DNA of 64,000 bases from Thermoleophilia bacterium. GTDB lineage: Bacteria > Actinomycetota > Thermoleophilia > Solirubrobacterales > Solirubrobacteraceae. Within the stretch, counting starts at the first letter, position 1; the number at the start of each line of letters is the position of its first letter. The notes under the pieces are model-generated. The model searched no databases. It had not been told where the DNA came from and saw only the letters and a list, made by a program, of their open reading frames with translations. Both the position numbers and the translations under genes were made by a program. The DNA lies in assembly GCA_046565905.1 (NCBI GenBank), contig JBKHXR010000048.1, positions 7,236-71,235 of the forward strand, written 5' to 3'. This document shows positions 48,699 through 56,007 of the stretch, in pieces.

Positions 48699-50063
48699 AT
48701 GGGACTTAGGTCGCAGCGCCGGCAGGACCCCGCGCCGCTGCGCGCACAGCGCACGACGAGGGCGCCGCCGCGCGTCGATGCCGCCGTCGCGCGCTTCATG
48801 CTCGGCAGCCTCGCGGCGATCGCCGTCATCGTCGTCGGCGGATTCTTCGCGCTGCGCGACGTCGCCCTCGAGGAGGCCGAGAACGACACACGCGATCGCG
48901 TCCGGGCGGAAGCACGGCTCGTCGAGGCCGCCGGGCTGAGCGACGGCATCATGCGCGGCGACCGCGAAGCGATCCGCCGGCTCGACGACCTCGTCCAGGC
49001 CCAGGTGATCGGCGGCTCGATCGTGCGCGTCAAGCTCTGGACGAAGGACGGCACGATCCTGTACTCCGACGAGCCCGCGCTGATCGGCAGCCGCTTCGCG
49101 CTCGGCGAGGACGAGCGCGAGCTCTTCGAGACCGGCGGCGCGGAGGCCGAGCTGAGCGACCTGCGCAGACCGGAGAACCGCTTCGAGCGCCCGCAGGGAA
49201 AGCTGCTCGAGGCGCACACGACGATCCGCGCACCGGACGGCACCCAGCTGCTGTTCGAGATCTACGAGCGCTTCAGCGCGGTGAACGCAAGCAGCCGCCG
49301 GCTGCTGACCGCGCTCGCACCGCCGCTGATCGGCGGGCTCGTCGTGCTCGCGCTGTTCCAGCTGCCGCTCGCATGGTCGCTGGCGCGGCACCTGCAGCGC
49401 GGTCATCGCGAGCGCGAGACGCTGCTCGCCAACGCCGTCGAGGCCTCGGCGCAGGAGCGCCGCCGGATCGCGGCCGACCTGCACGACGGCGTCGTCCAGG
49501 ACCTGGCCGGAGTCGCGTTCGGCCTCGCCCCGCTCGCTGCCGAGGCAGAGGCGCGCGGAGACGTCGCGCAGTCGGCCGCGCTGCGCGAGGCGACCGGGAC
49601 GCTGCGCCAGGGCGTGCGCGCGCTGCGCACGCTGCTCGTCGAGATCCACCCGCCCAACCTCGAGTCGGCCGGCCTGCGAGTGGCGCTCAGCGACCTGCTG
49701 AGCCCGCTCGCGGCGGCGGGCGTCGCGACCTCGCTGGAGGTCGACGAGCCGTCCGAGGACGGCGCCGGTGAGCACGACGAGCTGGTCTACCGCGTCGCAC
49801 GCGAGGCGATCCGCAATGCGCAGACCCATGCCGGGGCGTCCTCCGTGCGCGTCGCCGTCACGCGCGCGCAGGGCGTGACGCGGCTCGTCGTCGCCGACGA
49901 CGGCGCCGGTTTCTCTGCGCAGCGGCGCGCCGAGCGCGCGGCGCAGGGCCACCTCGGCCTGACGCTGCTGGAGGCGATCGCCGAGCAGGCGGGAGGACGG
50001 CTGGCCGTGCGGTCGGCGCCGGAAACCGGCACGATCGTCGAGATGGAGCTGCCGGCGCGATGA
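48699..50063 (+). CDS. sensor histidine kinase, NarL-partner (HisKA_3) type
   Basis: Two TM segments bracket an extracytoplasmic domain of about 150 aa. H-box RRRIAADLHDGVVQDL and a C-terminal HATPase (DDGAGF, GHLGL). Confidence 0.9.
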   Translation: MGLRSQRRQDPAPLRAQRTTRAPPRVDAAVARFMLGSLAAIAVIVVGGFFALRDVALEEAENDTRDRVRAEARLVEAAGLSDGIMRGDREAIRRLDDLVQAQVIGGSIVRVKLWTKDGTILYSDEPALIGSRFALGEDERELFETGGAEAELSDLRRPENRFERPQGKLLEAHTTIRAPDGTQLLFEIYERFSAVNASSRRLLTALAPPLIGGLVVLALFQLPLAWSLARHLQRGHRERETLLANAVEASAQERRRIAADLHDGVVQDLAGVAFGLAPLAAEAEARGDVAQSAALREATGTLRQGVRALRTLLVEIHPPNLESAGLRVALSDLLSPLAAAGVATSLEVDEPSEDGAGEHDELVYRVAREAIRNAQTHAGASSVRVAVTRAQGVTRLVVADDGAGFSAQRRAERAAQGHLGLTLLEAIAEQAGGRLAVRSAPETGTIVEMELPAR

Positions 50064-50695
50064 TCCGGGTGCTGCTCGCCGACGACCACGGCGTCATCCG
50101 CGACGGCCTCGGCAGGCTGATCGCGGCGCTTGACGACGTCGAGCTCGTCGCTGTCGCGGCCGACGGCGCGGAGGCGGTCGAGCAGTGCGCGCGCGCCCGG
50201 CCCGACGTCGTCCTGATGGACCTCGACATGCCCGTCGTCGACGGCATCGAGGCGACGAGGAGGATCGTCGCCCGGCAGCCGGGCACCGCCGTGCTCGTGC
50301 TGACGTCGTTCTCGGACCGGCCGCGGATCATCGGAGCGCTCGAAGCGGGCGCGTGCGGCTACCTGCTCAAGGACGTCGATGCCGAGGAGGTCGCGGAGGG
50401 AATCCGCGCGGCGGCGCGCGGCGAGTCGCCGCTCGACCCGCGCGCCGCGCGGACGATCATCGACGCGCGAACGGCGCCCGACCCGCTCGCCGGGCTCTCC
50501 GAGCGCGAGCGCGAGGTGCTCGCGCTGCTCGTCGAGGGGCTTCCGAACAAGCTCATCGCGCTGCGGCTGCGGATCAGCGAGAAGACCGTCAAGTCGCACC
50601 TCACGCGGATCTTCCGCGAGCTCGGCGTGACCGACCGCACGCAGGCGGCGCTCTGGGCCGAGCGCCACGGCATCGGCGGCGCGAAGCCGAGCTGA
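50060..50695 (+). CDS. response regulator, NarL/LuxR family
   Basis: Receiver (LLADDH, VLMDLDMP, TSFSD) plus LuxR HTH (LSEREREVLALLVEGLPNKLIALRLRISEKTVKSHL). ATGA overlap with the kinase stop. Confidence 0.9.
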   Translation: MIRVLLADDHGVIRDGLGRLIAALDDVELVAVAADGAEAVEQCARARPDVVLMDLDMPVVDGIEATRRIVARQPGTAVLVLTSFSDRPRIIGALEAGACGYLLKDVDAEEVAEGIRAAARGESPLDPRAARTIIDARTAPDPLAGLSEREREVLALLVEGLPNKLIALRLRISEKTVKSHLTRIFRELGVTDRTQAALWAERHGIGGAKPS

Positions 50696-50729
50696 GCGAC
50701 GCGCGCGGCCACCGGTACGGGCGGCGCGC

Positions 50730-50765
50730 GGTGAGCGGCGCGGTGAGCGGCGCAGTGAGCGCGAC
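50730..50765. repeat. 12-nt tandem direct repeat, about 3 copies
   Basis: GGTGAGCGGCGC GGTGAGCGGCGC AGTGAGCGCGAC, located in the gap between the response regulator and paralogue B. Confidence 0.7.
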
Positions 50766-50817
50766 CGCGACGAAAGTCCCATTGCGCCGGCGGGCGCCGG
50801 CGACGATCGTGAGGTCG

Positions 50818-51216
50818 ATGCCGCGCAGCCGTGATCTCCGTCGGACCGGGTACGTGCTCGTGCTCGTGCTGCTCATCGGCGCCGCCCCGGCGCGCGCACG
50901 CGACGGCGACGGCGACCGCCGCGAGGCGCGCGTCGCCGCGACCTGCGGCAAGGGCGCGACGGCGCAGCTGCGCCTGCGCTCGCGCGACGGCGAGATACGC
51001 GTCGAGCTCGACGTCAGACGGCGGCGCAGGGGCGAGGCGTGGCGCGTCGTGCTCGTGCACGAACGGCGGCTCGTCTGGCGCGCGACGCTGCGCGCGCGCG
51101 GCTCGCTTCGCGTACGCCGCAGCCTCGAGGACCTCGACGGACCCGATCGCGTGACGGCGCGGGCGTCCGGTCCGCGTGGCCTGACCTGCGAGGCCACCGC
51201 GACGCTGCCCGCCTGA
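50818..51216 (+). CDS. secreted hypothetical protein, paralogue B
   Basis: Arg-rich signal peptide (SRDLRRTGYVLVLVLLIGAAPARA). The domain aligns with paralogue A (C.G.ATA.L....DG.I..E..V...R.G.AW.V......V........GS..V.R.....GPDR.TARA....G..C.A). Confidence 0.6.
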   Translation: MPRSRDLRRTGYVLVLVLLIGAAPARARDGDGDRREARVAATCGKGATAQLRLRSRDGEIRVELDVRRRRRGEAWRVVLVHERRLVWRATLRARGSLRVRRSLEDLDGPDRVTARASGPRGLTCEATATLPA

Positions 51217-51239
51217 GCTGCCGGCGCCCCCCGCTCCGC

Positions 51240-52511
51240 CTACCTGCGGCGTAGCGCCTCGAGCCTGCGGATGGCGCGCATCAGGTATGGCGTCAGCGTG
51301 CGCATGAAGGTCATGTTGAGGTGGCCGTGGATGTCGTCGGTGACCCGCGTGCCGCCGACGATCGGGTAGCAGTTCGCAGTGCTGCACATGAAGCGCGTCA
51401 GGTCGATGTATCCGTAGCGCCTGGAGCGCAACCCGCGGACCGCGGCCACGGCGAGATCGGGACGCACCGCGATCGACCGCTTCAGCGGGCACACCGCCGA
51501 GAGTCGCTTGCGAGCGGCGATCGCGCTGTACGCGCAGCTGAGCTGCCCCTCGCTGGAGCGCGGCGTGTCGCGCAGCACGATGACCTGCCTGACCGTCGGC
51601 GGCAGCGCCTGGAACGCCCTGCGGAAGCCCGCCGTCTTGACCGCCGCCATGTCCTCGCCCTCCGCGATCGCGATCGGCGTGTCGGCGTTGGCGGTCACGA
51701 AGACCGTGCTGACCTCCGGATGGCGGGTGAACCAGCGGGCGGTGTTGCCGTAGAAATCACCGCAACCCCCCGTGAACCGGCTCGCGACGGTCGAGAAGAA
51801 GCAGCCGCCGCTGAAGTGCGAGTGCACCCGCCAGCGCCGCAGCTGCGCGACGACGTTGAGCGGAGCGCGCCAGTGGGCGCTGTGGCTGTCGCCGACGAGC
51901 GCGACGGTGCGCGTCACTCCGGGGCCGCTCGCGCCGGACACGCACGACGCCCCGGTCGGATCGGGATTGCACTGCCAGATCTGCTCGGGATCGGCGCGCC
52001 CGACCGCCGGGACGACCGAGCGGGCCCGGCTGAAGCAGCGCAGCTTCGGATCGCGCGCCGCCGCTCCGAAGCACGCCGGGATGCTCTGCACGTAGCTGCT
52101 GTCGACGCGGGCGCGGCCGCGCCTGCAGGTGAACGACGCCGTGAAGTACCCGGGGCCCGAGCCATCCCTGCGGCCGCGGCAGCGCCAGCGCCCGAGCAGC
52201 GGCTTCGGGCAGCCGACGCGGGCCTCGGTGCGGCAGCGGTGAAAGGCCTTCATCAACCGGGTCGCCAGCCCGCACGACGCACCTCGCCTGCGCAGCTTCA
52301 GCTCGTACGCCGGCGTGCCGCCCGGCGGCCCCTGGTCGTTGAGCGACAGCCGGCAGGAAGCGCCGGTGGCGGCGCCGGCCGGCGGCGCCATGACGAGGCA
52401 GAGCGCGAGCACGGCGACCGCCGCGGCGAGCGGGCGTACGCAGCGGCCGTCGCGGCGCGAGCCGCAGCGCGGCGCTGCTCGCGCGACCACGCGGTCCCGC
52501 TCACCGCTCAC
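51240..52511 (-). CDS. secreted Cys-rich protein with C-terminal SGNH-hydrolase domain (OafA/OatA C-terminal type)
   Basis: VALVGDSHSAHW (block I) and C-terminal DDIHGHLN (block V). The N-terminal 170 aa or so contains more than 12 Cys. The GTG start overlaps the moeA stop (GTGA), so the true start may be downstream. Confidence 0.6.
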   Translation of the reverse strand: MSGERDRVVARAAPRCGSRRDGRCVRPLAAAVAVLALCLVMAPPAGAATGASCRLSLNDQGPPGGTPAYELKLRRRGASCGLATRLMKAFHRCRTEARVGCPKPLLGRWRCRGRRDGSGPGYFTASFTCRRGRARVDSSYVQSIPACFGAAARDPKLRCFSRARSVVPAVGRADPEQIWQCNPDPTGASCVSGASGPGVTRTVALVGDSHSAHWRAPLNVVAQLRRWRVHSHFSGGCFFSTVASRFTGGCGDFYGNTARWFTRHPEVSTVFVTANADTPIAIAEGEDMAAVKTAGFRRAFQALPPTVRQVIVLRDTPRSSEGQLSCAYSAIAARKRLSAVCPLKRSIAVRPDLAVAAVRGLRSRRYGYIDLTRFMCSTANCYPIVGGTRVTDDIHGHLNMTFMRTLTPYLMRAIRRLEALRRR

Positions 52512-53707
52512 CCCACGAACTCGATCTCGACCGGCTCGCCCGCATCGATCCCGTCGCGATGCTCGGGTACGAGCGCGAGCGCGTCGACGCCGAGCATCGA
52601 GGTCAGGATGTGCGACTCCTGCGACTTCGTCGGCCGCACGTGCCAGCCGTCGTCCTGCAGCGTCGTGCGGCAGCGGATCACCGTCGTACGGCCGACCGCG
52701 CCCTCCAGCGCCTCGTCGGCGGTCGCCTTGATCGGGTGGTGCTCGCCGCTGCGCCCGAGCATCGCGTCGAGTGCCGGCACGACGAACAGGCGGAAGGCCA
52801 TCAGCGCCGAGACCGGGTTGCCGGGCAGCGCGAAGACGAGCGTGCCGTCCTCGCCGACCGCGAAGGTCGTCGGGCGCCCGGGCTTGAGCTTGACGCCGGC
52901 GAACGCCTCCCGGTAGCCCAGTCGGGCGAGCGCCGGCCGGACGTGGTCGTGGGGACCGACCGAGACGCCGCCGCTGGTGATCAGCATGTCGACGTCGCGC
53001 AGCGCGGCACCCAGCACCGAGACCGTCGCCTCCAGGTCGTCACCGACGCGCACCCGCGCGACGAGCTCGCCGCCGGCACGGTGCACCGCGCCGCCGAGCG
53101 CCGGTCCGTTGGAGTCGCGGATCGCCCCCGGCTTCAGCGGCTTGCCGGGATCGGTCAGCTCGTCGCCGGTTCCGGCGATCGCGACGCGCGGGCGGCGCAC
53201 CACGCTCGGTCGCGGGATGTTCATCGATGCCAGGACGCCGAGCTCGGCGGGCCCGAGCAGCGATCCGGCGGGAACCACGAGCTCGCCCGCGCGGATGTCC
53301 TCGCCCGGCGGGCGCACGTGGTAGCCGAGCGCGATCTGCCCGTCGACCACGACCGTGGTCCCGTCGCTGGTCGTCATCTCCTGGGGGACGATCGCGTCGG
53401 CTCCCTCGGGCAGCGGCGCACCCGTCGAGATCCGCACCGCGGTGCCGCGCCGCACCGTCACGCCGGCCTCGGTCCCCGCCTTCGCCTCACCGATCAGCGT
53501 CAGCGTCGCGGAGCCGTCGATCGTGTCGGCCGCGCGGATCGCGAAGCCGTCCATCGCCGAGGCTGCGAAGGGCGGTACGTCGTTCGGCGCGCGCGCGTCG
53601 ATCGCCAGCGCGCGGCCGAGCGCGTCGTCGAGGAAGACGTCCTCGGCGCCGAGCACGCTGGCGTACTGCAGCACGGCGGCGCGCGCTTCCTCGATCGAGA
53701 CGGCCAC
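52508..53707 (-). CDS. moeA: molybdopterin molybdotransferase
   Basis: MoeA/gephyrin E-domain motifs (ISTGAPLP, ITSGGVSVG, LPGNPVSA). Start set at GTG 53707 (VAVSIEEARAAV); the longest ORF extends to 53845. Confidence 0.8.
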   Translation of the reverse strand: MAVSIEEARAAVLQYASVLGAEDVFLDDALGRALAIDARAPNDVPPFAASAMDGFAIRAADTIDGSATLTLIGEAKAGTEAGVTVRRGTAVRISTGAPLPEGADAIVPQEMTTSDGTTVVVDGQIALGYHVRPPGEDIRAGELVVPAGSLLGPAELGVLASMNIPRPSVVRRPRVAIAGTGDELTDPGKPLKPGAIRDSNGPALGGAVHRAGGELVARVRVGDDLEATVSVLGAALRDVDMLITSGGVSVGPHDHVRPALARLGYREAFAGVKLKPGRPTTFAVGEDGTLVFALPGNPVSALMAFRLFVVPALDAMLGRSGEHHPIKATADEALEGAVGRTTVIRCRTTLQDDGWHVRPTKSQESHILTSMLGVDALALVPEHRDGIDAGEPVEIEFVG

Positions 53708-53850
53708 GGCGCTCAGTCGTCTCCGGACGCGTCGAGCCTGGGCGCGCGCGCCGCGGCGGCGCCGATCTGCGCCCCGGAGCGCTCGCGGAATCCCCTGACG
53801 ATCATCGCCGGGGACGCTAGCAGCGGCCGCAGGCAGACCCGCCATTCCCC

Positions 53851-53886
53851 TTGACGAGACCGCGCCGGTGTCCTAACACATAGGGT
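53851..53886 (+). promoter_or_regulatory. candidate promoter for the 38-aa ORF
   Basis: TTGACG, a 17-nt spacer, then TAACAC, with a TANNNT-type hexamer TAGGGT just downstream. The region is locally GC-poor. Confidence 0.25.
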
Positions 53887-53926
53887 ACACGCGACCGAGA
53901 CCACCGATTCAGGGGAGGTGAATCAC

Positions 53927-54043
53927 ATGGTGCAGCCTTGGCAGTTCGCACTCGCGCTCATCGCGGGGGTAATGATGCTCGCGTTCATCTTCGGGATGGC
54001 GTTCGTCCCCGACGACACGAAGGACTGGGGCATCGACCTCTAG
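53927..54043 (+). CDS. 38-aa single-TM micro-protein (not in the ORF track)
   Basis: Strong SD AGGGGAGGTG 7 nt upstream of the ATG. Product is MVQPWQFALALIAGVMMLAFIFGMAFVPDDTKDWGIDL. Confidence 0.55.
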   Translation: MVQPWQFALALIAGVMMLAFIFGMAFVPDDTKDWGIDL

Positions 54044-54225
54044 AAGTGTGTCGTGAAAGTCGTTGGACGTAGGGGTGGCCCAACCGTGGTTGTGGGCGCC
54101 GCACGATCTCGAAGGCGATGCTGGTTGCATCGGCGAGCAGTCGTGCGGCGATCCACGGCCGCGGATGGGCCGCATCCTGCCCCGAGGACTTCCTGCGACA
54201 GGCTCCCTGGGAGGCCGGCCGGCGT

Positions 54226-55284
54226 TCAGCCGGCCAGCAATGCCTCGAGCGTCGCCGTCGCCCGCCCGTCCGCCACCGCGGACGTGGCGAGCGCGGCACC
54301 CGCGCCGACGCTCTCGCAGCGCCCCGCGGCGTAGAGCCGCACGCCTGCGCTCAGCATCGCGGCGAGTGCGGCGGGCCCGTGCTCCTCGCCGGTGACGATC
54401 GCGCGCGTCAGCTGCGCCGCGACCTCCGGGTCGGCGTCGCCGCGCAGGACGCTGCCGTGCGCTTGCGGCATGTCGAGCGGACCGCTTGCGTCGGCGGCCG
54501 ACGGCCGTCCGGCGCGGACGACGTCGGCGCCCTCCATCCCCCGGACGGCGACCGAGCGCTGCGCGCCCAGCAAGGCGAGCGCAGCGAGGATGCGGGCGCG
54601 GTAGGAGCTGTGCGTGTGTCCGACGACGAAGCGCGTCGCACCGAGGTGATCGACGAGCTTCTCCGCGCTGTGCAGCGGTCCGCGCAGCCCGATCTCGTCG
54701 CGGATCGCGGCGAGCGCGTCCCAGCCGGGGATCGCGGTGCCCGCGTGCACGAGCGCGACGTCGGAGCGCTCGAGCATCGCCAGCGACTCGCTCGGCTGCG
54801 GACGGACCGGGCCGCCGAGCGCGACGAGGACGTCGGCGGCCGTCGTGCCGCGCTTCGGCCCCAGCCGCCCGCCGCAGTGCACGACGACGCGCGCCCCGGC
54901 GGCGGCGGCCAGCACGGCCGCCGCGAGCGAGAGCTGCGGCGCGTCGGTCATGCCGTCATAGGCCCCCGCGCAGGCGACGATCGGCCTACCCCCGGCCGGC
55001 GGGTCCGGCGCGACCGGGCGCGCGGCGTCGCGCAGCGCCTGCGCCATGCCGGCGAGCTCCGCCGGCGCCTCGCCCTTGATCCGCATCGCGACGAGGAAGG
55101 CGCCCGCCTGGACCGGGCTGACGTCGCCGGCGATCAGCCCTGCCGTCGCCTCGCGGGCCTCGTCGAACGTCAGCGCGCGGCTGCCCCGCGGCCCGGTCCC
55201 GACGGCCTTGATGACCGAGCGAAAGCCGGTGTAGCCGGTCCGCCCGCGCCGCGACGCCAGCGCGGTGCGCGGCGGGCGGCTCAC
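54226..55284 (-). CDS. anthranilate phosphoribosyltransferase-like (glycosyltransferase family 3) protein with degenerate PRPP motif
   Basis: TrpD-like fold signature (N-terminal helical bundle LTFDEAREATAGLIAGDVSPVQAGAFLVAMRIKGE). Where TrpD has CGTGGDG and KHGN, this protein has CAGAYDG and HCGG. The GTG start overlaps the regulator stop (GTGA). Confidence 0.6.
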   Translation of the reverse strand: MSRPPRTALASRRGRTGYTGFRSVIKAVGTGPRGSRALTFDEAREATAGLIAGDVSPVQAGAFLVAMRIKGEAPAELAGMAQALRDAARPVAPDPPAGGRPIVACAGAYDGMTDAPQLSLAAAVLAAAAGARVVVHCGGRLGPKRGTTAADVLVALGGPVRPQPSESLAMLERSDVALVHAGTAIPGWDALAAIRDEIGLRGPLHSAEKLVDHLGATRFVVGHTHSSYRARILAALALLGAQRSVAVRGMEGADVVRAGRPSAADASGPLDMPQAHGSVLRGDADPEVAAQLTRAIVTGEEHGPAALAAMLSAGVRLYAAGRCESVGAGAALATSAVADGRATATLEALLAG

Positions 55285-55955
55285 GTCGCCTGCCAGCGGT
55301 AACCGACGCTGCGCACGGTCTTGATCCGCGCGGCATGCTCGCTGCCGAGCTTCGCGCGCACCCGGCGCACGTGGACGTCGACGGTCCGCGCTCCCCCGTA
55401 GTAGTCATAGCCCCAGACGCGGTTGAGCAGCGCCTCACGGGAGAACACGCGCTTGGGGTGGGTGACGAGGAACTTCAGCAGCTCGTACTCCATGTACGTG
55501 AAGTCGACGGGCCGGTCGCCGATCGCGACCTGGTAGGTCGCCAGGTTCATCTCGAGGCTGCCGACGCGCACGATGTCGTCGTGATCGACGCCGTTGACCG
55601 CGCGCCGGGCGCGAGCGATGCGCGCCTGCAGCTCCTCGGCGGTGAACGGCTCGACGAGCAGCTCGTGGCCCTCGGCGATCCCGACGCCCGCGCCGAGCGC
55701 GTCGCGGCGCAGCGCGACGATGACCGGAACCTCGCCGAGGTCTTCGTCGGCGGCCAGGCGCGCGCACAGCTCGGCGCACGAGGGTTGCTCGAGACCGTTG
55801 GCGAGCACGAGCGCGAGCGCCGGTGCGCGCGACTCGCCCTGCGGCGGGCGCAGCGTGCCGTTGGCTGCCACGCGGTGCGGGCTGAAGCCGAGCTCGGCGA
55901 GCAGCCGCGAGGTGTCCTCCGAGCCCCCCGTGCCGTAGATCCAGGCGTCGCTCAC
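55281..55955 (-). CDS. orphan OmpR/PhoB-type winged-helix regulator with degenerate receiver (GlnR-like)
   Basis: The C-terminal trans_reg_C domain is intact (LEMNLATYQVAIGDRPVDFTYMEYELLKFLVTHPKRVFSREALLNRVWGYDYYGGARTVDVHVRRVRAKL). The N-terminal receiver lacks the DD pair, and the phospho-Asp position reads LVLANG. No kinase is adjacent, and the gene sits directly downstream of glnA. Confidence 0.7.
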   Translation of the reverse strand: MSDAWIYGTGGSEDTSRLLAELGFSPHRVAANGTLRPPQGESRAPALALVLANGLEQPSCAELCARLAADEDLGEVPVIVALRRDALGAGVGIAEGHELLVEPFTAEELQARIARARRAVNGVDHDDIVRVGSLEMNLATYQVAIGDRPVDFTYMEYELLKFLVTHPKRVFSREALLNRVWGYDYYGGARTVDVHVRRVRAKLGSEHAARIKTVRSVGYRWQAT

Positions 55956-56007
55956 GACTCGCCGTCGGTCGCCGGTGTGCGGGATGGATGCATCAACGCA
56001 TGCCTCG

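Noticed and set aside
53927-54043. The 38-aa ORF as a Trp-attenuation leader peptide, given its position near a TrpD-like gene.
   Set aside because: It contains only two non-adjacent Trp codons and is convergent with, not upstream of, the TrpD-like gene. The peptide has a clear TM helix. It was therefore treated as a membrane micro-protein instead.
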